Of a DNA stretch of 64,000 bases, positions 30,305-39,004 are shown piece after piece (within the stretch, counting starts at the first letter, position 1; each line of letters starts with the position of its first letter). Where the stretch lies: assembly GCA_965276945.1 (NCBI GenBank), contig OZ255704.1, positions 1,732,082 through 1,796,081 of the forward strand. Direction: 5' to 3'. Position numbers and translations under genes: made by a program. A model generated the notes under the pieces. The model had not been told where the DNA came from. It did not search any database and saw only the letters and a program-made list of their open reading frames with translations. Source of the DNA: Terriglobus sp. (GTDB lineage: Bacteria > Acidobacteriota > Terriglobia > Terriglobales > Acidobacteriaceae).

Positions 30305-31045
30305 ATGTCGTGGTATGCCTATTGCATCGCGGAAAGGTCAGCTTTCCCAGATCTTCTCCGCCATCGTCGCCCCATGCCGTTACTGGGGATCACAGGTCTC
30401 TTTGGTAATCAAACGTTTGTCTTTCCCGCAAGTGACTTAGCAGTTGTGGTTTCGGAACACGCGCCAGAGGACAATCCGAGGATGGACCAGCAGGCACAAC
30501 GCGATCACGCCCGTGTCATCGCCGAATGCTTTCACCACTCCACGGTCTTACCCTTCCGTTTCGGTATCCACTTTGAGGACGACGAGGCGCTTCGCCGCTC
30601 CGTACGATCCAACCACCGGCATTTCTCTCACAATGTAGAGCGGCTGCGCGGTAAAGCCGAGATGCACCTTAAGGTGCTCGTCAGTGACAATTGCCCAGAG
30701 GTACGCAAGATTTTAAGCGGTTCTGTGGGCAAGGAGTACCTCAGCAGCCTGCGCGAAACTGCCTGTGCACAGCGGGAACGCCAATCCAAAGCACGCGCCC
30801 TCCAACTACAGATGCATCGCATGTTCCTGCCCGATGCGGAAGAGGTAACCTGCAAACGTGCCGGCGAAGGCAAAATGTTGCTCGACATCGCTCATCTTGT
30901 CGATAAAAAGGCAGTGGAGCGCTACCAGAATAAGTATTCATCCGCCACGGAATCACTGAAGGACTGCCATATGCAGCTTTCCGGCCCATGGCCGCCCTAC
31001 CACTTCGTGCACCGGCATCAATCGGCGCACAACTCAGCCAACTAA
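30305..31045 (+). CDS. GvpL/GvpF-family protein (orphan)
   Basis: Start MSWYAYCI (GGGAG lies 9 nt upstream). Contains STVLPFRFGIHFEDDEALRRSV, GKAEMHLKVLV and a C-terminal MQLSGPWPPYHFV. The last matches the GvpF/L ...GPWPPYNFV ending recalled from haloarchaeal GvpF. Confidence 0.75.
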   Translation: MSWYAYCIAERSAFPDLLRHRRPMPLLGITGLFGNQTFVFPASDLAVVVSEHAPEDNPRMDQQAQRDHARVIAECFHHSTVLPFRFGIHFEDDEALRRSVRSNHRHFSHNVERLRGKAEMHLKVLVSDNCPEVRKILSGSVGKEYLSSLRETACAQRERQSKARALQLQMHRMFLPDAEEVTCKRAGEGKMLLDIAHLVDKKAVERYQNKYSSATESLKDCHMQLSGPWPPYHFVHRHQSAHNSAN

Positions 31046-31060
31046 GGTTGGCTCCTTACC

Positions 31061-31100
31061 AAACCACAAGGCCCGCTCACCAGAGTGGGCCTTGTGGTTT
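31061..31100 (+). terminator. Strong hairpin (putative terminator) after the gvpL/F-like gene
   Basis: AAACCACAAGGCCC (31061-31074), a 12-nt loop, GGGCCTTGTGGTTT (31087-31100) form a 14-bp perfect stem ending in TTT. It lies 16 nt after the stop. Confidence 0.65.
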
Positions 31101-31158
31101 GAAGCATCCCATCCACTCTCTCAATCCTCCTGGCAAACGCTTCTACCATCGAAGACGG

Positions 31159-32928
31159 ATGCCGAACCCTCGCAGACATGTGGTGCCAAACGCCGTTCTC
31201 ACCCGGTGCAATGAAGCAGCGCCCGTGCAGCTTCTGCTAACGGCATTTGTCTGGGTCGCGCACTTCTTTCATGCAAACCGCTTCGGTGTATATGAAGACG
31301 ATTGGAACCGGATTCCATACACAGCCGGGATTAGCTGGCATGAACTACTGGAACTCTTGCGGCATGCCTTCACCGGAGACCTCAGTCAGGGTCGTCCGTT
31401 TCACCCAGGCTTGATCTACCTGTTCTCATTCGTGGGATTCCATACAGGCAGTCTGCTTGGTTTGTATGCCATCGGGCTCGCCATCGAGATCGTCAACACG
31501 CTGCTTTTTCATGCGCTACTTATGCGGGTGTTCAAGGATCGCGGCTTCGCGCTGCTGGGTGCTCTGGCGTTCTGCGTCTTCCCGGCGGACACCACCCAAC
31601 CCTTTCTGACCCACGCCTTCGGTGTGCAAACTGCCCTCTGCATGCTCCTTGTGGCCCTCAATTTATACGTTGCGGGCTGCCGAGTGTTCGCATACCTTGC
31701 CATCGCGCTGATGCTCTTCACGTATGAGACACCCTATCTGGTCTTCGCTACCGCGCCCTTGCTCAAGCCGCACACAAGACGCGAGTGTTGGACCCATTGG
31801 ACTGTGATGGGTGCGTTGCTAATGTCTGGTTTCCTCTTTCGCAGGCTCACCGGTGAGGTCCGGGTCTCGCATCTCCCAGCCTGGGAACTGCTCACCGGCT
31901 GCTCCAACATCGTCACGGGGCCGCTCACGTGCGTTCTGATGTACGTGTACCGTCCATTCGAAGCCCTGCTGAAGCTGCGTGGGTTGGATCGAATCCTTAC
32001 CGTCATTGCCATCCTCGTCTGTCGCTGGCTTACATCGGCCAAACTGGCCAAAGACAGTACTGGTCCGAATACGGCGTCAGGCTTTCCTCAAGAGGCAGTG
32101 AACCCGCCGAACCCCGTGCGGCTAGGCGTACTGATGCTGCTGCTCGCCTATCCACTGACACTTACTACGTCGGGAATCTCAGTGTCAGGCCGCGGCACAC
32201 GCGTACACATCGCGGCTGCGCTGGGTAGTTCCATCCTCGTTGCATGGGTTTGTCAGCGGCTGCTTACCCACACGGAGAGCCGCCCGGGAATCGTGCTGCG
32301 CCGCTGGGGAGTCGCAGTCCTGTTTGGCCTCCTGACCGGATTCGGCCTGGTTGTGCAACGCGACTACGCACTGAGTTGGCAGGACCAGCGGAGCTTCTGG
32401 ACAGGACTGGTGAGCCTCGCGCCTCCACTGCAGGATGGTCAGGTCATCTTTGTAGAGCCAGGCGGCCTCTATGACACTCGGCAATTGCTCTTTCTGCGCA
32501 AGGACCTGACCGGTATCCCCGGCACGCGCCAGATCCGCTCGCTCGACAATCTGCTCACTGGCCTTCAGGCGCTCTACCAGGTACCGCCAACATGGAAGCG
32601 GCCACCGCAGGTCTTTCGTCTGCCGCTGAACTGGCGTCGAGAACTCTTTACCGGCGATGACCGCCTCAGGCTGCTAACCATCGAAGCACCCTTTGCATTT
32701 GACTCGGCATCGCGCGCCCCAATCATGCCCGGGCAGGCGATCTTTATACAAACCTCACAAGGCCAACTCTCGCGCGCAGACACGTTGGTGAATCCTCTCG
32801 ACGGACATATTCTGCCGCTAAACACCGCTCCTGGCCCGGTCAGCAACCTGCAGAAAAGCGCGTTCTTTCCGTACATCATCTATCCAGCGGACAAACCGGC
32901 AGGACCTTACATGGTTCTGCGGCAGTAG
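31159..32928 (+). CDS. Large polytopic membrane protein, possible GT-C-type glycosyltransferase
   Basis: About 590 aa from MPNPRRH, with roughly 10 hydrophobic segments followed by a ~200-aa soluble C-terminal domain. An acidic YEDDW motif follows TM1. The function is not recognised. The track start at 30988 would overlap the terminator and the gvpF-like gene. Confidence 0.55.
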   Translation: MPNPRRHVVPNAVLTRCNEAAPVQLLLTAFVWVAHFFHANRFGVYEDDWNRIPYTAGISWHELLELLRHAFTGDLSQGRPFHPGLIYLFSFVGFHTGSLLGLYAIGLAIEIVNTLLFHALLMRVFKDRGFALLGALAFCVFPADTTQPFLTHAFGVQTALCMLLVALNLYVAGCRVFAYLAIALMLFTYETPYLVFATAPLLKPHTRRECWTHWTVMGALLMSGFLFRRLTGEVRVSHLPAWELLTGCSNIVTGPLTCVLMYVYRPFEALLKLRGLDRILTVIAILVCRWLTSAKLAKDSTGPNTASGFPQEAVNPPNPVRLGVLMLLLAYPLTLTTSGISVSGRGTRVHIAAALGSSILVAWVCQRLLTHTESRPGIVLRRWGVAVLFGLLTGFGLVVQRDYALSWQDQRSFWTGLVSLAPPLQDGQVIFVEPGGLYDTRQLLFLRKDLTGIPGTRQIRSLDNLLTGLQALYQVPPTWKRPPQVFRLPLNWRRELFTGDDRLRLLTIEAPFAFDSASRAPIMPGQAIFIQTSQGQLSRADTLVNPLDGHILPLNTAPGPVSNLQKSAFFPYIIYPADKPAGPYMVLRQ

Positions 32929-33024
32929 CCTATAAATCATTGGCGCTGATCGGGATGCATATGCAGGTTTCGCTGTCAAAGACAGGTAGACCGCCCCAGT
33001 ACAGCAGGCAATACAAAGGAGAAG

Positions 33025-33711
33025 TTAGACCCCGCCCGCTGTTGGCTCGACTGTCACGGCACTCTTCTTACGGCTCATCACACGTGAGCGCTTCCTCCGC
33101 GTCCGCGCGCTGGCGTGGTCAATCTTGCCCCAGAATGCCATAAAGTAATCCACCGCGCTCAGGATGGAAACAAACGTCATCCAGTAAATCGCCACCACCG
33201 CGATCAAGTGCACCGGAACAAAGAACCAGCCGCTTTCTGAGCGCCACCCCGGTCCAATCCACCACGCATTCCAGGCATGCGCCAGGATGGCAGCAACCAC
33301 GGACACAATCTGAATCACCGTCTTCAGCTTGCCAATGTCACTGGCATCGATCGTAAAGCCCTCATTGACGGCAATGGAGCGCAGACCGCTCACCAAAAAC
33401 TCGCGCCCGATGACAACCACCGCGATCCAGGGCTTCACCACGTCTGGCGTAAAGCTCACCAGACAGATATACCCCGCGGTCACCAACAATTTATCAGCCA
33501 GCGGGTCCAGCAGCATCCCCATGGTTGTGATCTGCCCACGCCGCCGTGCCAGGTAACCGTCCAGCCCATCCGTGATCGATGCGGCAATGAACAGCGCCGA
33601 CGCCAGGATTTCCTGTTGATGACCACGCATAGGAAAGCTGCCCGACAGCAGCCAGATCAGCACCGGCACCGCCGCGATGCGGCTCATCGTCATGGAATTG
33701 GGCAGGTTCAC
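33025..33711 (-). CDS. pgsA: CDP-diacylglycerol--glycerol-3-phosphate 3-phosphatidyltransferase
   Basis: MNLPNSMTMSRIAAVPVLIWLL and DGLDGYLARRRGQITTMGMLLDPLADKLLV (CDP-alcohol PT motif). It has a basic C-terminal tail. Confidence 0.9.
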   Translation of the reverse strand: MNLPNSMTMSRIAAVPVLIWLLSGSFPMRGHQQEILASALFIAASITDGLDGYLARRRGQITTMGMLLDPLADKLLVTAGYICLVSFTPDVVKPWIAVVVIGREFLVSGLRSIAVNEGFTIDASDIGKLKTVIQIVSVVAAILAHAWNAWWIGPGWRSESGWFFVPVHLIAVVAIYWMTFVSILSAVDYFMAFWGKIDHASARTRRKRSRVMSRKKSAVTVEPTAGGV

Positions 33712-33848
33712 AAGTGTGCCGTCTCTCCGGGGAGATCTCCACCACCAGAGTAAACCCGCATCGCAGTCATGGTTGTCAAGCGCGATGTACCAAAGTCACG
33801 TACGGAACACGCGCATCATTACGAATCCATCAGCATGTGTGCATGGCG

Positions 33849-35153
33849 TCAGGCGTAGATGCCGCGCTGCTTCGTCGTGTAGGCGACCCGGTCAATCGCC
33901 AGCATATATGCCGCAATCCGGTTATTTACGCCATGCGACTCCGCATACCGGATCACGTCCACAAAGCTCTGCACCATGATGCGGTCCAGACGCTCGTTCA
34001 CCTCATCCTCAGTCCAGAAATAACCCATGCGGTCCTGCACCCACTCGAAGTAGCTTGCCGTCACACCACCAGCATTCGCCAGGATATCCGGAACAACGAA
34101 GACACCGTTGCGCTCCAGGATGGTATCGGCTTCGGGTGTCGTGGGGCCGTTCGCGCCTTCCACCAGGATGCGCGCCTTGACCGCGCCTGCATTGCGGCTG
34201 GTAATGACGTTCTCATGCGCCGCGGGAATCAGTACGTCACACGCGGTGATCAGCAGTTCATCGCTGTTTGCCTCGTCCGCGCCGGCAAACCCTCGAATGG
34301 AACCGGTCCGTTGCCGGAACTCCATCAGTGCAGGTATGTCGATGCCATCGGCGCGGTATAGCCCGCCGTCCCACTCCGCTATTCCGGCGACAATATAGCC
34401 CTTCTTCTGCAGCAGCAATGCCGCATTGGATCCGACATTACCAAAGCCCTGGATGATGACACGGCACTCGGCAGGCTTCATCCCCAGGTAGTTCAGTGCC
34501 TGATCGCAGTACACGGACACACCGCGGCCAGTTGCCGCGCTGCGTCCGCGCGAGCCACCGATGTTCACCGGCTTGCCCGTCACCACGCTTGTCACTGTCT
34601 GCCGCACATGCATGGAATACGTGTCCATGATCCATGCCATTGTCTGCTCGTTGGTATTCACGTCTGGCGCGGGTACGTCCTTCTCCGGCCCAAAAACATC
34701 CACCATCTCCGCCGTATACCGGCGCGTCATGCGCTCCAGTTCACCCTGGCTCATCTTCTTCGGGTCACAGATCACGCCACCCTTCGCGCCACCAAATGGG
34801 ATATTCACCACCGCGCATTTCCACGTCATCCAGCTGGCCAGGGCCCGAATCTCGTCGAGATTCACGTCGGGCGCATAGCGAATCCCACCCTTTGCAGGGC
34901 CGCGCGCCATGGAATGCTGTACACGGAAGCCGGTAAAAACCTCAATGCGGCCATCATCCATCAGAACTGGAAAATGCACGATGATCTCGCGCGAGGGCTG
35001 CCGCAGAATCTTCCAGATGCCGGATTCCAGGTCCAGCTTCTTTGCCGCAAAATCAAATCGGGCCGCTTGCGCCTCCCAGGGATTCAACTCTTTCTCAAGT
35101 GCATGTTCCAGCGCTTCATCCGCGCCAATCTGTTCCACTTCCAGTACTGCCAT
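33849..35153 (-). CDS. gdhA: Glutamate dehydrogenase (Glu/Leu/Phe/Val DH family)
   Basis: Contains [20 protein letters not shown] and [12 protein letters not shown] 35153 with AAGG 7 nt upstream is preferred over the GTG at 35186. Confidence 0.9.
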   Translation of the reverse strand: MAVLEVEQIGADEALEHALEKELNPWEAQAARFDFAAKKLDLESGIWKILRQPSREIIVHFPVLMDDGRIEVFTGFRVQHSMARGPAKGGIRYAPDVNLDEIRALASWMTWKCAVVNIPFGGAKGGVICDPKKMSQGELERMTRRYTAEMVDVFGPEKDVPAPDVNTNEQTMAWIMDTYSMHVRQTVTSVVTGKPVNIGGSRGRSAATGRGVSVYCDQALNYLGMKPAECRVIIQGFGNVGSNAALLLQKKGYIVAGIAEWDGGLYRADGIDIPALMEFRQRTGSIRGFAGADEANSDELLITACDVLIPAAHENVITSRNAGAVKARILVEGANGPTTPEADTILERNGVFVVPDILANAGGVTASYFEWVQDRMGYFWTEDEVNERLDRIMVQSFVDVIRYAESHGVNNRIAAYMLAIDRVAYTTKQRGIYA

Positions 35154-35385
35154 TCTGCTGCCTTGCCTTTCTTCTTTGTCTCGCACGATATATCTGTACG
35201 GACCACATGCTTTGGACGCTCTGGCGATTCAGGCGGATGTGAAAACACGTAGACCAGTAAGCGAATTCAGCACACCCTGCGGAGCACCCAAACGGCCAGA
35301 GTATAGGCGCTCTATCGTGCGATGTGCAATCAAACATGATGTACGACCCCATCCAAGCCGCCCCACACTGGGAACCTACAATGAC

Positions 35386-36048
35386 ATGGTGATCTTCACG
35401 CGCAAGCAACGCCTTCTGCTGGCCGTCATTCCGACAGCAGTAGTCACGCTCATGCGAATCCTATGCGGCACACTCCGCTTCGTTGAGAAAAACGCGGAGG
35501 CAGCACGGCCAGCCGACTACTTCCCAGATGAGCCTGGCGTGTACGTCTTCTGGCATCGTGCACTTCTGCTGGCGGCGTATCGCTATCGGAATCTCGGCAT
35601 ACGCATCCTCATCTCGCCGTCCTTCGACGGAGAACTGATCGCGCGTGTCGTGCAGCGGCTCGGTTTTGTGCCAGTGCGCGGTTCCAGTTCGCGAGGCGGA
35701 GCTGCGGGTCTGCTGGCCCTGACACGTGCCCGCCAGGCCGGTCATAAGGTTGCCATCACCGCCGATGGCCCGCGCGGCCCGATGTACGTCGCAAAGCCCG
35801 GCGCCGCAGCCGTCGCGCAACGTTCCGGCAGCACTGCTTCCTGCTTCTACCTGCATGCGGAACACGCGTGGACACTTGACTCATGGGACCGCTTCATCAT
35901 TCCCAAGCCTTTCACCCGGATTCATGTACGTTGGGAAGCCCCTCTGAACCTCTCCCCTTCTCTCTCCAACGTGCAAGCCACAGCAGCCCTCCAGCAAAGC
36001 CTGGACAACGCAGTGCAACACGCTGAACACAGCCAACAAATAGCTTGA
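35386..36048 (+). CDS. DUF374 domain protein (lysophospholipid acyltransferase-like)
   Basis: Only the C-terminal 220 aa of track ORF 34909..36048 is credible, because the rest is antisense to gdhA. Contains VFWHRALLLAAY, ISPSFDGELIARVVQRLGFVPVRGSSSRGGAAGL and ITADGPRGP. Confidence 0.7.
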   Translation: MVIFTRKQRLLLAVIPTAVVTLMRILCGTLRFVEKNAEAARPADYFPDEPGVYVFWHRALLLAAYRYRNLGIRILISPSFDGELIARVVQRLGFVPVRGSSSRGGAAGLLALTRARQAGHKVAITADGPRGPMYVAKPGAAAVAQRSGSTASCFYLHAEHAWTLDSWDRFIIPKPFTRIHVRWEAPLNLSPSLSNVQATAALQQSLDNAVQHAEHSQQIA

Positions 36049-36104
36049 CTATCCCTGCAACCACCCAGCATCTTCAGACCGTAAGGGCTCGGCTCCCTGC
36101 GCTG

Positions 36105-36166
36105 CCACCTGTTCCCTGCCACCTATTCCCTGTTCCCTGTTCCCTGTTCCCTGTTCCCTGTTCCCT
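36105..36166. repeat. Tandem repeat array: 2 x 14-nt CCACCT[G/A]TTCCCTG, then (TTCCCTG) x5 plus a 6/7 copy
   Basis: Read directly. 14-mers at 36105-36118 and 36119-36132. Perfect heptamers at 36126-32, 36133-39, 36140-46, 36147-53, 36154-60, and a partial copy at 36161-66. The array is intergenic between the DUF374 gene and queA. Confidence 0.95.
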
Positions 36167-36177
36167 AAAATGATCCT

Positions 36178-37296
36178 GTGCGTGTCGCCGACTTCGATTT
36201 CCACTTGCCACCAGAACTGATCGCGCAGCACCCGTCCGCGGAGCGCGATGGCGCACGCATGTTGACCATGGATCGCACTTCCGGCGAGTTCGGCGATCTA
36301 AGCTTTCGCGATCTTCCCTCACTTCTCCGTCCGGGCGACCTCCTGGTTCTGAACGATAGCCGTGTCATCCCAGCCAGGCTGTTCGCCCGCCGCGCTGGCC
36401 TTCGCACGCAAGGCAACTCACCCGCGCCAAGCGGCCACATCGAAGTTCTCCTGACGCAATCACTTGGTGACAATACCTGGCGCGCCCTGGTCAGACCCGG
36501 CCGCAAAGTACCCGTCGGCGAACGCCTCATCTTCGAGCACCAACCAGGTGCGGGGGGCCAACGTATCGTTTCTGATAAGGGGAATCCTTCACTCATCGCA
36601 GACGTCATTGCCGCTGGAGACTTCGGCGAACGCACCCTCCGCTTTGAACCTACCCCGAACTTCTTCGAAAGACTTGATACACTCGGCCACATTCCTCTGC
36701 CACCCTATATTCATCGCGAATCATCCAGCGAAGAGCAAGAAGACCGTGAGCGCTATCAAACGGTGTATGCCGGAACCCACGGCTCCGCGGCAGCACCCAC
36801 GGCCGGCCTCCACTTCACACCTGGCATCCTCGAAAGCATCCGTTCCCGTGGCGTGGAGATTGCCTCCATCACGCTGCACGTCGGTCTCGGCACCTTCCAA
36901 CCGGTCCGCGTGGACAATCTGGCCGATATCCGCCTGCACGAGGAACACTACACACTTTCAGCTCTGACAGCCGACGCGATTAACCGCGCACGATGTGAGA
37001 ACCGCCGCATCATAGCCGTCGGCACCACGACCACACGCACGCTGGAACATTGCGCCGCCCAGCATCCCGAGCAGCCGCTACTCTCGCACAGCGGCAGCAC
37101 CAGCATTTTTATCCAACCCGGCCACCGCTTCGGTCTGGTGGATGCCCTGCTGACCAATTTCCACCTGCCAAAGTCAACACTCCTAATGCTTGTCAGCGCG
37201 TTCGCAGGCCGCAATCACGTACTCGCCGCCTATCATCACGCGGTCCAACAGCACTACCGTTTCTTTTCCTACGGCGATTGCATGTTTCTGTACTAG
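36178..37296 (+). CDS. queA: S-adenosylmethionine:tRNA ribosyltransferase-isomerase
   Basis: GTG start. [19 protein letters not shown] matches the canonical QueA N-terminus. Also contains [12 protein letters not shown] and [11 protein letters not shown]. Confidence 0.95.
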   Translation: MRVADFDFHLPPELIAQHPSAERDGARMLTMDRTSGEFGDLSFRDLPSLLRPGDLLVLNDSRVIPARLFARRAGLRTQGNSPAPSGHIEVLLTQSLGDNTWRALVRPGRKVPVGERLIFEHQPGAGGQRIVSDKGNPSLIADVIAAGDFGERTLRFEPTPNFFERLDTLGHIPLPPYIHRESSSEEQEDRERYQTVYAGTHGSAAAPTAGLHFTPGILESIRSRGVEIASITLHVGLGTFQPVRVDNLADIRLHEEHYTLSALTADAINRARCENRRIIAVGTTTTRTLEHCAAQHPEQPLLSHSGSTSIFIQPGHRFGLVDALLTNFHLPKSTLLMLVSAFAGRNHVLAAYHHAVQQHYRFFSYGDCMFLY

Positions 37297-37351
37297 GCTG
37301 TTACTTCAGCGACTTCGCGCAACACTTCCGTCACAGAGAGGTTTCCTGCAC

Positions 37352-38893
37352 ATGCCCCGCGCCTCCTTCGCCACCCAGCAACGTGCCGCCCTGCCAGGTA
37401 GCAACAAGCTCGCCTATCAGGCACCCGGAACCAAAACGCCCCTGCCTCCGCGCACACGCATCACCGTTTCCGTCCTCGTCAAGCGCAAAGAACCCATTTC
37501 CGCAGCCGCCGTTGACGGCCAGCATCTGTCTCGAAGCCAGTTCCGCGCGGCGCATGGTGCCGCTCCCAGCGCCGTCAAGGCGGTGCGCGCCTTTGCGGCG
37601 GAATTCGGCCTGGAGATGACGGTGGATGTAGCAAGCCGCACCATCCAACTCACCGGCTCCGCCAACGCCATCCAGAGCGCATTTGGCGTCTCGCTACAGC
37701 AGCACACCACGGACGGCATCGTCTACCGCGTCCGTCAAGGCGACATCTGCCTGCCGGAATCCCTCGTGCCGCATGTGGAAGCCGTGCTTGGCCTGGACAA
37801 CCGGCCACAGGCGCAACCGCACTACCGCGTCGCGGGCGAAAAGGCGCAAGCTGCAAACACCTCGTTCACACCCGTGCAAATTGCCCAGCTGTACCAGTTC
37901 CCAAAGAACACTGCTAAAGGGCAGACCATCGCGCTGATCGAGCTGGGTGGCGGATACCGCACAGCCGACATCACCGCCTACTTCAAGACACTCGGCGTAG
38001 CCGCGCCCAAAATAACAGCCGTGCTCGTCGACAAAGCCAAGAACGCGCCCACCACAGCAGACAGCGCCGATGGCGAAGTGATGCTCGACATCGACGTGGC
38101 CGGAGCCGCCGCTCCCGGCGCGAACATCGCCGTCTACTTTGCACCAAACACCGATCAAGGCTTCGTCGACGCCATCACCACCGCAGCCCGCGATGCCAAG
38201 AACAAGCCCACCGTGATCTCCATCAGCTGGGGTGCACCCGAATCTGAATGGACACAGCAAGCCATCACCGCCATGGATTCAGCCTGTCAGGCAGCCTCAG
38301 TACTGGGCATCACGGTCACGGTTGCCTGCGGCGATAACGGCTCATCGGACGGCGCGACGGATGGCCAAAACCACGTTGATTTCCCCGCCTCCAGTCCGCA
38401 TGTCCTCGCCTGTGGTGGCACCAAGCTCACCGCAAGCGGTACGACAATCAGCTCAGAAGTTGTCTGGAACGAAACGGCCAGCAATGAAGGCGCGACCGGT
38501 GGCGGCATCAGCAGCGTCTTCCCGCAGCCCTCCTGGCAATCCGGCATTGCCGCCACCAAGTCAGGCCGGGGCGTTCCAGATGTCTCCGGTGATGCAGATC
38601 CAGCAACCGGCTACCAGGTGCGCGTTGACGGTGCCAACTATGTCTATGGCGGAACCAGCGCCGTTGCCCCGCTGTGGGCTGCGCTCATCGCCCTCATCAA
38701 TGCGCAAGACAAGACAGCCCTCGGTCTGGTCCAACCCAAGCTCTACGCCTCCGCTGCGGGTTTTCACGACATCACGCAAGGAAACAATGGAGCCTTCAAC
38801 GCTGGCAAAGGTTGGGACGCCTGCACCGGCCTCGGCACGCCGATTGGCACAGCTCTTCTTTCTCTGCTGGCCCCTTCCAAGAAGAAGAAGTAA
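37352..38893 (+). CDS. Sedolisin (S53) family serine-carboxyl peptidase, kumamolisin-like, with pro-domain
   Basis: Start MPRASFATQQ (37352). The N-terminal activation domain precedes a catalytic domain with EVMLDIDV and YGGTSAVAPLWAALIALI (nucleophile Ser). Confidence 0.85.
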   Translation: MPRASFATQQRAALPGSNKLAYQAPGTKTPLPPRTRITVSVLVKRKEPISAAAVDGQHLSRSQFRAAHGAAPSAVKAVRAFAAEFGLEMTVDVASRTIQLTGSANAIQSAFGVSLQQHTTDGIVYRVRQGDICLPESLVPHVEAVLGLDNRPQAQPHYRVAGEKAQAANTSFTPVQIAQLYQFPKNTAKGQTIALIELGGGYRTADITAYFKTLGVAAPKITAVLVDKAKNAPTTADSADGEVMLDIDVAGAAAPGANIAVYFAPNTDQGFVDAITTAARDAKNKPTVISISWGAPESEWTQQAITAMDSACQAASVLGITVTVACGDNGSSDGATDGQNHVDFPASSPHVLACGGTKLTASGTTISSEVVWNETASNEGATGGGISSVFPQPSWQSGIAATKSGRGVPDVSGDADPATGYQVRVDGANYVYGGTSAVAPLWAALIALINAQDKTALGLVQPKLYASAAGFHDITQGNNGAFNAGKGWDACTGLGTPIGTALLSLLAPSKKKK

Positions 38894-38958
38894 GTTACCG
38901 CAGCATCAAAGCAAGCAGTACAAAGGTCGGCGAGCCAGCAACCATCGGAAGCAGACTC

Positions 38959-38990
38959 GCTGACTTGCTGACTTGCTGACCCGCTGCTTC
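38959..38990. repeat. Octamer tandem repeat GCTGACTT GCTGACTT GCTGACCC GCTGCTTC
   Basis: Read directly, four 8-nt units. It is bracketed by the inverted 7-mers GAAGCAG (38948-54) and CTGCTTC (38984-90). It lies in the sedolisin-polA spacer and ends 14 nt before the polA ATG. Confidence 0.9.
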
Positions 38991-39004
38991 TATCCTGTAT
39001 CTGC

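Noticed and set aside
34909-35385. N-terminal extensions of track ORFs (34909..36048, 37190..38893, 30988..32928, 23790..25523, 15850..16641, 8392..10173, 10074..11546, 47249..49351, 56347..57441)
   Set aside because: The extended parts overlap neighbouring genes or terminators and lack family similarity. Internal starts reproduce the canonical N-termini or signal peptides.
36105-36166. Considered whether the short tandem repeats at 36.1 kb and 38.96 kb could be a degenerate CRISPR array
   Set aside because: The units are 7-14 nt and directly abutting, with no spacers, and there are no cas genes. They are simple tandem repeats.
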